From positions 2,016,001-2,080,000 of the forward strand of contig OZ241362.1 in the NCBI GenBank assembly GCA_965200315.1: a DNA stretch of 64,000 bases. The letters are read 5' to 3'. The position numbers and the translations under genes are program-made. The notes under the pieces are model-generated. The model was not told the origin of the DNA. It searched no databases and saw nothing but the letters and a program-made list of their open reading frames with translations. This stretch comes from Candidatus Latescibacterota bacterium (GTDB taxonomy: Bacteria; Latescibacterota; UBA2968; UBA8231). Below, in pieces: positions 10,384-19,912 of this stretch (position 1 is its first letter; each line of letters opens with the position of its first letter).

Positions 10384-10435
10384 CAAGGCTCCAATAACCA
10401 CACTAACCCGTGTAATTTCAAACTGAGACACTACC

Positions 10436-10630
10436 CAGATACGGCTGAACAATGCGTTGCTGGAACAGCCGACCGTGGACGATGGCTAGTTGGTATGGCC
10501 GGTCGAGGGGCTGCTCTTGGCGGCTGGCGCGAATCTAATCGGCATCAGCGCCGAGGAGCGGGCACTCGACGCGCCGCAGCTGATCGTCGAAAAGCTGGAA
10601 ATAGCCGTGGTGTGCGAGGCTGTGGGCTAA
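10436..10630 (+). pseudogene. C-terminal remnant of a gene interrupted by the IS end
   Basis: QIRLNNALLEQPTVDDG*LVWPVEGLLLAAGANLIGISAEERALDAPQLIVEKLEIAVVCEAVG* begins directly after the terminal repeat; host-like GC. Confidence 0.5.
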
Positions 10631-10677
10631 GTCATTAGAGGCTATTGCAACCGTCGGCCCCTCTCACCCGACCCAGC

Positions 10678-11343
10678 TCAGTCGGCTTCTGCGGGTTCAA
10701 TCACCTCAATGCCCGCCTCGCGCAGAGCTTGCGCCCGATAGCTATAGATATCCGCCGTGGCGAGTAGAACTCGCACCGGGGGCACGCCGGTTGCCTCGGT
10801 GTACAGACGACGCTTGCGCTCCAGCCGCTCTTGGATCGAGGCCCCCACACTGGCGGCGATTTCGACGAGGATGTGCTGATCGGCATCGACAATGACCACG
10901 TCGAATTGTTCGCCCGCAATGACGCGCTCCTCGACTGCGGCCCCAAACGATTCCTCCAACAGGGCCGCCATAGTGCGCCGAAACACGCTCTCGTTGCGGA
11001 TGCCCCAGCGCGAACCCAGCCGATCGATGGCTTGAAAGACTTCATCAAAGCGCCGATTCACTTCCTCGCGAAACGTATCTATACGCGCATCTACTTGCTC
11101 AAAACGCCGATTCACTTCCTCGCGAAACTGCTCAAAACGGCGCTCTGATTGCTCAAAGCGTTGGTCCATCTCAGTCCGCAACTCCCGCAACTCCGTCAGC
11201 ACCACGGCCACCTCTTCGCGGCGGGCAAACGCGCCCAAGAACCCTTGGTAAATCAGCGGCTCGAGGTCCGGGCGGCGGTCCAACAGGTCGGGGAGTTGCC
11301 GATTGAACAGGTCGATCAGTTCTTCATCACTAAAGGTTTTCAT
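10678..11343 (-). CDS. coiled-coil repeat protein with C-terminal PD-(D/E)XK-like domain (DUF3782-like)
   Basis: Repeated FREEVNRRF (54-bp period), LGSRWG..NESVFR, EQFDVVIVD...ILVEI. Confidence 0.65.
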   Translation of the reverse strand: MKTFSDEELIDLFNRQLPDLLDRRPDLEPLIYQGFLGAFARREEVAVVLTELRELRTEMDQRFEQSERRFEQFREEVNRRFEQVDARIDTFREEVNRRFDEVFQAIDRLGSRWGIRNESVFRRTMAALLEESFGAAVEERVIAGEQFDVVIVDADQHILVEIAASVGASIQERLERKRRLYTEATGVPPVRVLLATADIYSYRAQALREAGIEVIEPAEAD

Positions 11344-11481
11344 CGCCCTTGCGCCTTTCCTTTATACTTTACTTTGAAGCTAGTTAAGAGGGCTTCCGCA
11401 AGGCCCAGATATTTGAGAGTCGCAAGGTTGCAATACATTGTCAAGCACCGAGATGGCAAAGGAGGGAGGTTTCAACAAATC

Positions 11482-11847
11482 ATGGATCGCATTCTACTGG
11501 TGGGCTGCGGCGGCTTTATTGGAGCCGTGCTGCGCTACTTAGTCTCCTTGGGGACCCAGCGTCTGTTGGGCACTCCGCTCTACGCCACCCTCGTGGTCAA
11601 CGTGGTCGGCTGCCTAGCCATTGGCTTCTTGGGTGGCTTGGCCGAAGCGCGTCAATACCTTAGCCCTCAACTCCGCCTATTTCTCTTCGTCGGCATCCTC
11701 GGCGGCTTCACCACGTTTTCATCCGTGGCCTACGAGACCGCGCAAATCGTGCGCGCAGGTCAGGTGTCAGCCGCTTTCGTTCACATTGGCCTGCAACTGC
11801 TGCTGGGCATTCCCGCTGTCTTCGTCGGGTATTGGGCGGCCCGCTAG
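11482..11847 (+). CDS. crcB: fluoride efflux channel CrcB/FluC
   Basis: GGFIGAVLRY, TLVVNVVGC, GILGGFTTFSS; ATG 11482 after GGAGG. Confidence 0.93.
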   Translation: MDRILLVGCGGFIGAVLRYLVSLGTQRLLGTPLYATLVVNVVGCLAIGFLGGLAEARQYLSPQLRLFLFVGILGGFTTFSSVAYETAQIVRAGQVSAAFVHIGLQLLLGIPAVFVGYWAAR

Positions 11848-12632
11848 TCGCCTAGCCCGAGCAAGTGCGCCAAGCTCTCGGGCGCGGCCTCGCGCAAGCT
11901 AGCCTGGCGATAGACCTTGACCGAGGCAAAACCCGCGTAGCCGATGGCGTCCAAGGCCGTGAGCACGGCCTTAAAGTCGAGGTGGCCGCTGCCCAGCACG
12001 CCGCCATTGCTCTCGCACAAGTGGACGTGCCGCAGCGCACGGCCGCAGTCGAAAATGGGCTGGGTCAACGACTTTTCTTCAATGTTCATGTGGATCGTGT
12101 CGACCATCGGCCTAAAAGCCGGCACGCCAATGCGCTCAATCAGGGCGCGCACCTCGCCAACGGAATTGTTAAACCCCACTTGCAGGTGATTGATCGGCTC
12201 GACGGCCAAGTCCACGCCAGCGTCTTGAGCGGCCAAACCCACTTCGCGCAGGCCAGCCGCAATGCGCTCGTTGGCCACCTCGGCGCTGGGCTCGTCCGCG
12301 CGCAAGCCCTGCAAAAGCCCGACCACGAGAATGGCGTTAAAACGCTGGGCAATCGGCAGGTACTCCCGCAGCCTAGCGACGGCACCGGCGCGTCGACGCG
12401 GGTCGGCCACACTCAAGCACAACCCCTCGGCATAGGCGGCCCCGGTCAAAAGCGACGGTACCACCAAGCCGCACACCTCCATCGCACGTTCGATCGCGTC
12501 CAATTGACCGAGCACCGCAGGCGTCAGATTTAACTCGACGCCCTCGTACCCACAGTCCCGAATAAAGTCCAGCCCAGCGGCGAAATCGCCCCCGAGATCC
12601 GCAAAGTCGATTACCATATAACTGTATTGCAT
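11844..12632 (-). CDS. sugar phosphate isomerase/epimerase (xylose-isomerase-like TIM barrel)
   Basis: GYEGVEL, LAVEPIN, VDTIHMNIEE, HVHLCESN, GSGHLDF, IGYAG. Confidence 0.85.
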   Translation of the reverse strand: MQYSYMVIDFADLGGDFAAGLDFIRDCGYEGVELNLTPAVLGQLDAIERAMEVCGLVVPSLLTGAAYAEGLCLSVADPRRRAGAVARLREYLPIAQRFNAILVVGLLQGLRADEPSAEVANERIAAGLREVGLAAQDAGVDLAVEPINHLQVGFNNSVGEVRALIERIGVPAFRPMVDTIHMNIEEKSLTQPIFDCGRALRHVHLCESNGGVLGSGHLDFKAVLTALDAIGYAGFASVKVYRQASLREAAPESLAHLLGLGD

Positions 12633-12647
12633 CGCCGTCTCCTAAAG

Positions 12648-12712
12648 AATTAGGAATTGGGAATTGGGACGGTGGTGGGTAATTCTCAATTCTCAATTCC
12701 TAATTCCTAATT
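12648..12712. repeat. inverted heptamer tandem repeats (AATTAGG/AATTGGG ... AATTCTC/AATTCCT)
   Basis: aattaggaattgggaattggga-ggtggtgggt-like spacer-aattctcaattctcaattcctaattcctaatt; the arms are complementary; lies between divergent genes. Confidence 0.8.
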
Positions 12713-12774
12713 GAAATCAACCGCCGCTGTGTCTAAGTTACTCCATTCCGTTCAGCATCAACAGCAGAGCACAC

Positions 12775-13677
12775 GTGCGATACCGACGATTCGGCAAAAC
12801 GAACTGGCAAGTCAGCGAAATCGCCATGGGCGGGTCTTGGTTCTACGGACGCCCAGAATACGGCCTCCTGCCCGTAGCACACGGAGTTGCCATGGTCGAG
12901 TGCGCCCTCGAATTGGGCATCAACTACTTCGACACGGCCCCGCTCTACGGCCAAGGCCGCAGCGAGAAGGTCCTCGGCCACGCCCTCAAAGGCGTTGACG
13001 CGCCCTATTATTTGGCGACCAAGGTAGGCTATTATCCCGCGCCCTTCGACTACACCCGCGACGCGGTGTGGCGGGGGTTTGAAGCCAGCCTCCTGCGCTT
13101 GCAGCGCGACTCGGTCGATCTGTTGCAACTCCACGAGGCCGAGCAAGCGGGCTGGGAGGGGATATTCGGCCGGGGACGCGCCCTAGAGGCCATGCTCGAA
13201 ATCCGCGATCAAGGACTCGCGCAACACATCGGCCTGACCGGCTCGGACCTCGTACTGATGCGCGATGTCCTCGCCGAGTGCGACGATTTTGTCTCGGTGA
13301 TCACCTTTCTCAAATACGACCTGTTAGTGCAGATGGCCAAGGAAATCCTCCTGCCCACCGCGGCCGCCCGCGACGTCGCCATCATCCTCGCCTCGCCGCT
13401 ACACGCCGGCCTACTCGGTTCCAAGCGCGACGCTTGGAAGGAGGCTAGCCGCTTTGCCGAGCTATACCCCAAACTCGAAAAAATAGAAGCCCTGCTCGCC
13501 GACGAACCCGGCGACATGCCCGAGCACGGGCTGCGCTACTTGCTGTCGGACCCCCAAGTCGCGGTGCTGCTCACCGGCGCTGCAACAATAGACGAACTCA
13601 AAGGCTCCGCGGCTGTTTCCGACGGCCGCTATTTGTCACCCGAACTCATCGCCCGCATCGAAGCACTCACCCCTTGA
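12775..13677 (+). CDS. aldo/keto reductase
   Basis: RFGKTNWQVSEIAMG, GINYFDTAPLYGQGRSE, LATKVG, SLLRLQRDSVDLLQLH. Confidence 0.92.
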   Translation: MRYRRFGKTNWQVSEIAMGGSWFYGRPEYGLLPVAHGVAMVECALELGINYFDTAPLYGQGRSEKVLGHALKGVDAPYYLATKVGYYPAPFDYTRDAVWRGFEASLLRLQRDSVDLLQLHEAEQAGWEGIFGRGRALEAMLEIRDQGLAQHIGLTGSDLVLMRDVLAECDDFVSVITFLKYDLLVQMAKEILLPTAAARDVAIILASPLHAGLLGSKRDAWKEASRFAELYPKLEKIEALLADEPGDMPEHGLRYLLSDPQVAVLLTGAATIDELKGSAAVSDGRYLSPELIARIEALTP

Positions 13678-13690
13678 GAAGGAATTGCCC

Positions 13691-14722
13691 ATGAAACCCG
13701 TCCGCGTCGGCTGCATCGGCCTCGGCTGGATCACCCAACGGGCGCACCTCCCGGCACTAGCTGCCCTCGCCGAGGAAGGCCAAGTCGTCTTCCAAGCATT
13801 CTGCGACAAAAGCGAGGAAACCCTCCAGGAACAAGCGGCCGTCTATAAGCCGCATTCGACCTATACCGACCACCACCAGATGTTTGCAGAGCAGGAACTC
13901 GACGCGGTTTACTTGTCCATTCCGCCGACTGCACACACCGACGAAGTGCTCATCGCCGCCGACCAAGGCGTCGCCCTGTTCGTCGAAAAGCCGCAGACCC
14001 TCGACCTAGCGCAAGTCGTCGAATTCAACGCCGCAATCGAAAAAGCCGGCATCGTATCCCAAGTCGGCTTCGTCCATCGCTACGAGCCTTCTTCCGCGCC
14101 GACCTTGGAGCTATTGCAGCAGCGCACTCCGCGCCACGCCCAAATCCAAAACTTCTACAGCGGTCAGCCGATCCGCTATTGGACCAGTCGCTACGAACTC
14201 TGCGGCGGCTCGTTCGTGGAAAACACCATCCACAGCGTCGATCTGTTGCGCTACTTGCTCGGCGACATTGAAGCAGTCTCGGCCTTCTACGTCGAATCCC
14301 TGCCCGACGAGCGCATCGATCCGATGAACCTGCCCCACGTGTACAACGTCAACTACCGCTTCAAGGGGCGCTTGACCGCCAACGCCAGCGTCTCGCGGGT
14401 AATGAGCAACGTCAATTACTCTAGGCGAGAAATCCTCGTCATCAGCGACGACTCGATCATCGAATGGAATCCACAAAAAGTGACGGAAAACGGCGAGGTA
14501 GTGTGGGAGGCCAAAGAAGAGTCTCAATCGCGCGGGGCCTTCTTCTCTCAGGCCCGCGCCTTTATCGCCGCCGTCCAAGCCGGTGACCCTTCCATGACAC
14601 GCAGCCCCTACGTCCCTTCCCTCAACAGCCTAGCCGCCGTTTTGGGAGCCAATACCTCGGCCGAAAGCGGCGGCGAGCTGGTCCTCCTCAGCGACCTAAT
14701 CGGCGCGGACACCGGCCGTTAG
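13691..14722 (+). CDS. Gfo/Idh/MocA family oxidoreductase
   Basis: VGCIGLGWI Rossmann motif, LFVEKP, GGSFVENTIHSVDL. Confidence 0.9.
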   Translation: MKPVRVGCIGLGWITQRAHLPALAALAEEGQVVFQAFCDKSEETLQEQAAVYKPHSTYTDHHQMFAEQELDAVYLSIPPTAHTDEVLIAADQGVALFVEKPQTLDLAQVVEFNAAIEKAGIVSQVGFVHRYEPSSAPTLELLQQRTPRHAQIQNFYSGQPIRYWTSRYELCGGSFVENTIHSVDLLRYLLGDIEAVSAFYVESLPDERIDPMNLPHVYNVNYRFKGRLTANASVSRVMSNVNYSRREILVISDDSIIEWNPQKVTENGEVVWEAKEESQSRGAFFSQARAFIAAVQAGDPSMTRSPYVPSLNSLAAVLGANTSAESGGELVLLSDLIGADTGR

Positions 14723-14932
14723 CCACAAAAGGTACAAAAGACGCAAAAAAGGACGCGAAGAGACACTAAGCCATCTGCTGAACCGCCCTTGGGGCGTGTT
14801 GAGTTGCGGTAAAGACGGCCCCCGTTCACCCTGCGGCGATCTGCTGCATACAAGGGATGGCACCCGGAGTTTTCGGACGGCTTCTAAGTGCCTTCGTGCA
14901 GCGACAAGTAACCCCTAACAGGAGCGTACTCC

Positions 14933-16438
14933 ATGCCCCAACTCCAGCCCCAACCCACGCCCTTTCTCGACTGGTACGGCATCTGGCCCTCCCACCGCAA
15001 GCTCGAAGACGACGGCACCGTTTGGTCGCAAGACCCGCCCCAAGGCATTGAACTCGTGCCCGAACTGGCGCGCAAATCCGAGGTCTTCTTCCACAAGGAA
15101 CGCTCTTGGGAGCGAGGAGCTAATCTCCACATCAACGCCATGCTCCACGACGGAGAACGCTACCGCCTCTGGTACGGTGTGCAACGCTTGGACGACATCA
15201 CGCGCTCCTATGTCTGCTACGCCGAAAGCGACGACGGCTTTACCTATCGGCGGCCGGATTTGGGCTTGTGCGAGTACGAAGGCTCGACCCGCAACAACAT
15301 CATCTGCGCGGGCCGCGACCATCCCCTCGGCTGGGTATTCATCGACCCCAGTGCCCCGGCGGCCGAGCGCTACAAGGCCGTCGGCCCGGGAGCTCACTAC
15401 TTCCGCAACGGCCAGCCCGACCCGGAGATGGACTCCACGCGCTTCAAGGCCCTGCTCGCAGCCCGCGACTTGGGCGATGTGTCGGCCGGGGAAAAGGCCC
15501 AGGGGATTGAAATTCGGCAACAGCTCCTTGGCGCGACCTCTCCCGACGGCATTCACTGGCAAAACCTCAGCGCGCCCGTATTCGACGCCGGCTCAACCCA
15601 GCTAGACACCCACAACCTCTGCGTGTACGATCCCCACCAAGAGCAATACGTGGCGTACCTGCGCGGCCATATCGACCGCCGACGCTTGGTGCGCCGCGCC
15701 TCGGGTCCGCAGTTTACAGATCTAGCCGACCCGCGCCCCTGTCTCCTGCCCGACCCCTTGGATGCGCTCGACGACGACATCTACAACCCCTGCTACACGC
15801 CGTACCCCGGCACACAGCCGCGCTACCTGATGTTCCCGTCGATATACCATCGGATCGCCTCTACGGTCGATGTCCAGCTCGCGGTCAGCCGCGACAACCA
15901 CCAGTGGATCCGGCCCTTTCGCCAGCCCATCATCGACCGCACCTATGAGGGGGGAACGTATGGCCAGCTCTACGCCAGCCCGAATCTCATCGCCGCCAAC
16001 GGCACTTGGCGGCTGCCTTTTAGGGGTTATCAACGCCGCCACGACTTTCTCCGTCGCGGCGCCACGTCGTACCCCGAGGACGGGGAATTTCGCTGGGCCT
16101 GCTGGGAACCGGATCGGCTCGCGGGAATAGAGGCCAAAGGCGAGGGGCGGGTCACGCTTATCGAACGACCGTGCTGCGGCCGCGAACTGTTGCTCAACTT
16201 TCGCACGGCTCCAGACGGCTGGATCAAAGCCGAAATCGTCCAGACCATTCACACGCCACCCCAGCCCGTAGAAGCTTACCCCGGCTTTTCGCTCGCCGAG
16301 GCCGAACCCCTCACGGGCGATTCCATCGCCGAGGCCGCGCGTTGGCGGGGCCAAACCGACCTAGCGGCCCTCTCAGGAAAAAACGTCGGCCTCCGCTTTC
16401 ACCTGTACAAAGCCAAGCTGTTTTCGGTATCTATTTGA
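14933..16438 (+). CDS. hypothetical beta-propeller glycoside-hydrolase-like protein
   Basis: YRLWY, VCYAESDDG..Y.RPDLG, FIDPSAP..ERYK, SPDGIHW, DTHN..YDP, QLAVSRD...W (Asp-box-like repeats) and C-terminal VGLRFHLYKAKLFS. Confidence 0.6.
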   Translation: MPQLQPQPTPFLDWYGIWPSHRKLEDDGTVWSQDPPQGIELVPELARKSEVFFHKERSWERGANLHINAMLHDGERYRLWYGVQRLDDITRSYVCYAESDDGFTYRRPDLGLCEYEGSTRNNIICAGRDHPLGWVFIDPSAPAAERYKAVGPGAHYFRNGQPDPEMDSTRFKALLAARDLGDVSAGEKAQGIEIRQQLLGATSPDGIHWQNLSAPVFDAGSTQLDTHNLCVYDPHQEQYVAYLRGHIDRRRLVRRASGPQFTDLADPRPCLLPDPLDALDDDIYNPCYTPYPGTQPRYLMFPSIYHRIASTVDVQLAVSRDNHQWIRPFRQPIIDRTYEGGTYGQLYASPNLIAANGTWRLPFRGYQRRHDFLRRGATSYPEDGEFRWACWEPDRLAGIEAKGEGRVTLIERPCCGRELLLNFRTAPDGWIKAEIVQTIHTPPQPVEAYPGFSLAEAEPLTGDSIAEAARWRGQTDLAALSGKNVGLRFHLYKAKLFSVSI

Positions 16439-16970
16439 GGCGGCCAGCAAACACCTCGCCGCAGCGCTTTTCGGCAATGCCGCCCAAGCGCTGCGCCATG
16501 CGCTCAAATGCGGCGCGGCGGTAGTCCCATTGGCCCCACCGCGCCACCTGCTCCAGCCAGTCGCATAGGTGGATCGTCACTAGGTCGTTGAAGTCCTGCT
16601 CGTTCATCTCGATGGAATCGCCGGTCAGGCGGTCTTGGAGCACGTAGGGAGCATCGTGCTGCTCCACGGCGGCGTCGAAGGTGTCGCGCACCATGGCGCA
16701 ATTGACGTACGCCAAGTATTCGGCCCGCTCGCCGATGAGGGCCCGCACGTCAGCGCGGCGCTCAACGGGCAGGGTGAAATCTTGGAAAATCTCGGTGCCG
16801 TATATGGAGTGAAAGAGCGCGGCGCGGCACATCACCTCGTCGCCGCCCCACTTTTTCATATCGCCGTGTACACCGATGCAGTGGGCCAAATAGGTCTTGT
16901 TGGTATGCCCTACGTCGGCCGCGCCAATTTCCCTGAAAAATGCAGTGAGTTCCTTAAAGCTAGCAGTCAT
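16431..16970 (-). CDS. DUF6817-like hypothetical protein
   Basis: GHTNKTYLAHCIGV, CRAALFHSIYGT, RADVRALIGERAEYL, DWLEQ; GGAGG RBS. Confidence 0.6.
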   Translation of the reverse strand: MTASFKELTAFFREIGAADVGHTNKTYLAHCIGVHGDMKKWGGDEVMCRAALFHSIYGTEIFQDFTLPVERRADVRALIGERAEYLAYVNCAMVRDTFDAAVEQHDAPYVLQDRLTGDSIEMNEQDFNDLVTIHLCDWLEQVARWGQWDYRRAAFERMAQRLGGIAEKRCGEVFAGRLK

Positions 16971-17026
16971 AGCGTCGTCCTCCTTTGTATTGAGCTGGTT
17001 TGCGTCGATAGATGAGACAAGCGAGA

Positions 17027-17203
17027 TATAGCAGTCCTACATGACTTGCGGTGCTTGCCGGGTTGTGCTCTCATCGAACGTGGCCCGGCCAGTGCTTGGT
17101 GGTCCGGGCGTCCGTCCTTGGGGGCAGGCACTGGCCGGCCGGCGGTCGAGACGCCCGCGCACCCAGCTCAAGCGCCGCATCGTACTAATGTAGGACTGCT
17201 ATA
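17027..17203. mobile_element. MITE (177 bp) with perfect 16-bp TIR TATAGCAGTCCTACAT
   Basis: Left 17027-17042, right ATGTAGGACTGCTATA 17188-17203; non-coding GC-rich hairpin interior; related copy at 40948. Confidence 0.8.
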
Positions 17204-17237
17204 GACGAAGGAGCGATGAGCGTGATGGAACATCTGC

Positions 17238-18434
17238 TCAGCGGGATTCGTCCTGAACCGGCCTATCCGCAATCGGCAGGTGGAGCAGCACCGCCACCAC
17301 GCCGAGGGCTATCGCCAGCCACCAGACGGGATCGTACGACCCGGTCGCGTCGTAGAGCAGGCCCGCCAGCCAGACCCCTAGGAAACTGCCGACCTGATGA
17401 CTGAAAAAGACAATGCCGTATAGCGTTGACAAGTAGCGCGCCCCGAATATCTGCGCCACCGCACCGCTAGTCAACGGCACGGTGGCCAGCCACAAGAAGC
17501 CGATTAGGCCACCGAAGAGCAAGGCGGAAGAGCTGGTCAGAGGGACGAAGAGAAACAAGCCGATAACCACGGCGCGGCTGAAGTAGAGCGCACTCAACAG
17601 ATACTTCTTGCGGTAGCGGTCGCCCAGCCAGCCAAACAACGACGAGCCGAAGATGTTGCACAGGCCAATCAGCGACAAGGCCGTGGCCCCGGTCATCGGC
17701 GACAGACCACCGTCGGTGAGGAACGACGGCAGGTGCGTGGCGATAAAGGCGACGTGGAAGCCGCAGACGAAGAACCCCGCGTTGAGCAGCCAATAGCCCG
17801 AATGGCCCCGCGCCCTGAGCAGTGCTTGCAGCAGCGTACCCTCGCCGTGCGACCGGGACGCATGTGTGCTGGGACGACGCGGAAAGCCAAAGGCCAACAG
17901 CACAACCCAGCCGATCAGGGCGGCACTGGCCAGAAAGGACGCCTGCCAACCCGCGTGGACAATCACCCACTGCACCCCGGGCACTAAGGCGAAGGTCCCA
18001 AACGACCCGGCCGCGGTGACGATGCCAAACGCTGTGCTGCGGTTTGCCGGATGGACGACGCGGGCGACGGCCCCCAGCACGATCACATACGTCGTACTGC
18101 CCAGCCCCAACCCGATGATGAGCCCCAGCGTCAGATACAAACCGAGCGGACCGCTGCTAGCCGGCACCAGCAGGCACCCGGCCGCGTAGAGCAGCGCGCC
18201 CCCCAGCACGACCCACCGCGCCCCATAGCGGTCGGCGATCATCCCGAACAAGGGCAAGCCGAAGACCACGTTTTGCAGCGCTATGGCCAAGCTGAACACT
18301 TCGCGCCCCAAATCCAAGCTGTCGCTAATCGGCTGTAGAAAGAGGCCAAACGACTGGCGGATCCCCATGCTGGCGAGGACCGTCAACGCACTGAAGAGTA
18401 CGATGATCGTCGTCTGACGTTGCGGAGTGGGCAT
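17238..18434 (-). CDS. MFS transporter
   Basis: About 12 TM; MGIRQSFGLF, GMIADRYGAR, FVCGFHVAFIATHLP, LYGIVFFSHQVGSFLG. Confidence 0.92.
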   Translation of the reverse strand: MPTPQRQTTIIVLFSALTVLASMGIRQSFGLFLQPISDSLDLGREVFSLAIALQNVVFGLPLFGMIADRYGARWVVLGGALLYAAGCLLVPASSGPLGLYLTLGLIIGLGLGSTTYVIVLGAVARVVHPANRSTAFGIVTAAGSFGTFALVPGVQWVIVHAGWQASFLASAALIGWVVLLAFGFPRRPSTHASRSHGEGTLLQALLRARGHSGYWLLNAGFFVCGFHVAFIATHLPSFLTDGGLSPMTGATALSLIGLCNIFGSSLFGWLGDRYRKKYLLSALYFSRAVVIGLFLFVPLTSSSALLFGGLIGFLWLATVPLTSGAVAQIFGARYLSTLYGIVFFSHQVGSFLGVWLAGLLYDATGSYDPVWWLAIALGVVAVLLHLPIADRPVQDESR

Positions 18435-18605
18435 GGGGAAATGCAGGCTGGGTGGATTAATGGGGTGGGTAGTATAGCTTCTTGTCGCGCTTGGATCAAC
18501 TTGAAATGGAGGCTGGGCAAAAGTAAAAACCCTTGGCGATTAAAGAAAAAATTACATTTTAATCTAAACCGTTGGGAGTTTATTGTTAAGAATAAGGAGT
18601 TTTGT

Positions 18606-19529
18606 ATGACCAAGAGTCAGCATTTGTGGTCAAAGGCGGCTAGGTTGTTGTCGGACCCTAAATTTTTTAATTCAGAGCGCGAGCGCGTTTTGGCGGACTA
18701 TCCCTTGCTCAATTCGCATGGCTTGGGAACGGTATATCGCCACCGTCGCATTCTCTCAGAGGATGGGCAGTACTCGGGGCAGTGGGAGAGGGTTTGTATT
18801 CCCGATGATTTGGATAAGGCGCGGGATGAACTGCGCACGGGCGGGCAGTATGAGGAGGGTATTCGCAACACGCTGGAGTACTTTGTAGAGGGAAGGGTAT
18901 CACTTAGCTATCGGTTGAAGGGGTGTGGCTGGGCGCGTCGTTTCAATGGACCGGCCCCACCAAAACGTTCGAGTTATGGCCTCAAGCACAACGTAGAGTC
19001 GTATTTGCGTGCAATGGACAAGCTTCGCGAGGAAAGTGGGAGGACAGCAGAGAGAGGCCGATATACGTCCAATGGGGCGTTTGTATGTGCGGCCCTCATG
19101 GCGGGATTGCGAATATGGACTTATCAGGATTCCATAAATCCCGATCTTCGTTTGGGCAAGCCTTGGGCAGTTGCAGGGTTGCAGCCGGAAGATTATGGCC
19201 ATCCTGACGATGAGCGCATGGCAAGGTTTTGGCGGTGGGCTGTACAGCAGGACGTCGACGACCCCTATGTCGAGGATTTTATTATCGATACGGTGGATCT
19301 ACTTTATGAAGGAGCAGACCTTAAGCGGCTAGATGAGGCTCTTGGGCGGGCATGCTCCGAGGCACTAGAAGTGTATGACAGGCTGCGGCGTGAGTTTGGC
19401 TTTGAACTTTCTGCCCAAACAGCGGCTTCTCGTCGGTTGGGTTTTATGGCCGGACAGATCAAAGTCCCCGACGACTTCGACAGCATGGGCGAGTCAGAGA
19501 TCGAAAAGATGTTCGGGAGAGACGCATGA
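18606..19529 (+). CDS. hypothetical protein ending in a VapB-type antitoxin tail
   Basis: ATG 18606 after TAAGGAG; SSYGLKHNVE...YTSNGAFVCAAL motif; C-terminus RRLGFMAGQIKVPDDFD...IEKMFG; stop overlaps the vapC start. Confidence 0.6.
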   Translation: MTKSQHLWSKAARLLSDPKFFNSERERVLADYPLLNSHGLGTVYRHRRILSEDGQYSGQWERVCIPDDLDKARDELRTGGQYEEGIRNTLEYFVEGRVSLSYRLKGCGWARRFNGPAPPKRSSYGLKHNVESYLRAMDKLREESGRTAERGRYTSNGAFVCAALMAGLRIWTYQDSINPDLRLGKPWAVAGLQPEDYGHPDDERMARFWRWAVQQDVDDPYVEDFIIDTVDLLYEGADLKRLDEALGRACSEALEVYDRLRREFGFELSAQTAASRRLGFMAGQIKVPDDFDSMGESEIEKMFGRDA

Positions 19530-19912
19530 TTTTATTGCTGGATACCCATCTATTGCTGTGGGCGGCAGGAGATCCCGGACAGTTGTCATCAGAATCCCAA
19601 GACCTTCTCGGCGACCCCGCCACGGAACTGATGTTCAGCACCGCAAGCATCTGGGAGATCGTCATCAAGAACGCGCTCGGCAGAAGCGACTTCCGCGTCG
19701 AACCGCGACTGTTGCGGGACGGTCTGATACAAAACGGCTACAGCGAACTTGCGGTTCGATCCGAACACGCACTCGCTGTAGGTAGTTTGCCACCGCTTCA
19801 CAAGGACCCTTTCGACCGCATACTCATCGCGCAAGCACAAGTCGAAAACGTTACGCTGCTTACCACGGATGACAAGGTGGCCTGCTATCCCGGCCCCATC
19901 CAAGCGGTCTGA
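19526..19912 (+). CDS. vapC: PIN-domain toxin VapC
   Basis: LLLDTHLLLW, STASIWEIVIK, HKDPFDRILIAQA. Confidence 0.92.
   Translation: MILLLDTHLLLWAAGDPGQLSSESQDLLGDPATELMFSTASIWEIVIKNALGRSDFRVEPRLLRDGLIQNGYSELAVRSEHALAVGSLPPLHKDPFDRILIAQAQVENVTLLTTDDKVACYPGPIQAV

Larger units (their letters stand above)
6620..10435 (+). mobile_element. IS1-family element with passenger genes; right end retained, left end lost
   Basis: Transposase 6620-7292, passengers 7285-10383, then AATTTCAAACTGAGACACTACC at 10414-10435 (reverse complement GGTAGTGTCTCAGTTTGAAATT, fits IS1-type GGnnnTG end). A broken gene begins directly after it. Confidence 0.65.

Noticed and set aside
11344-11481. Fluoride riboswitch upstream of crcB
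   Set aside because: No recognisable GGCGATGG...CTGATG pseudoknot pattern. An Infernal search with the Rfam crcB model would settle it.
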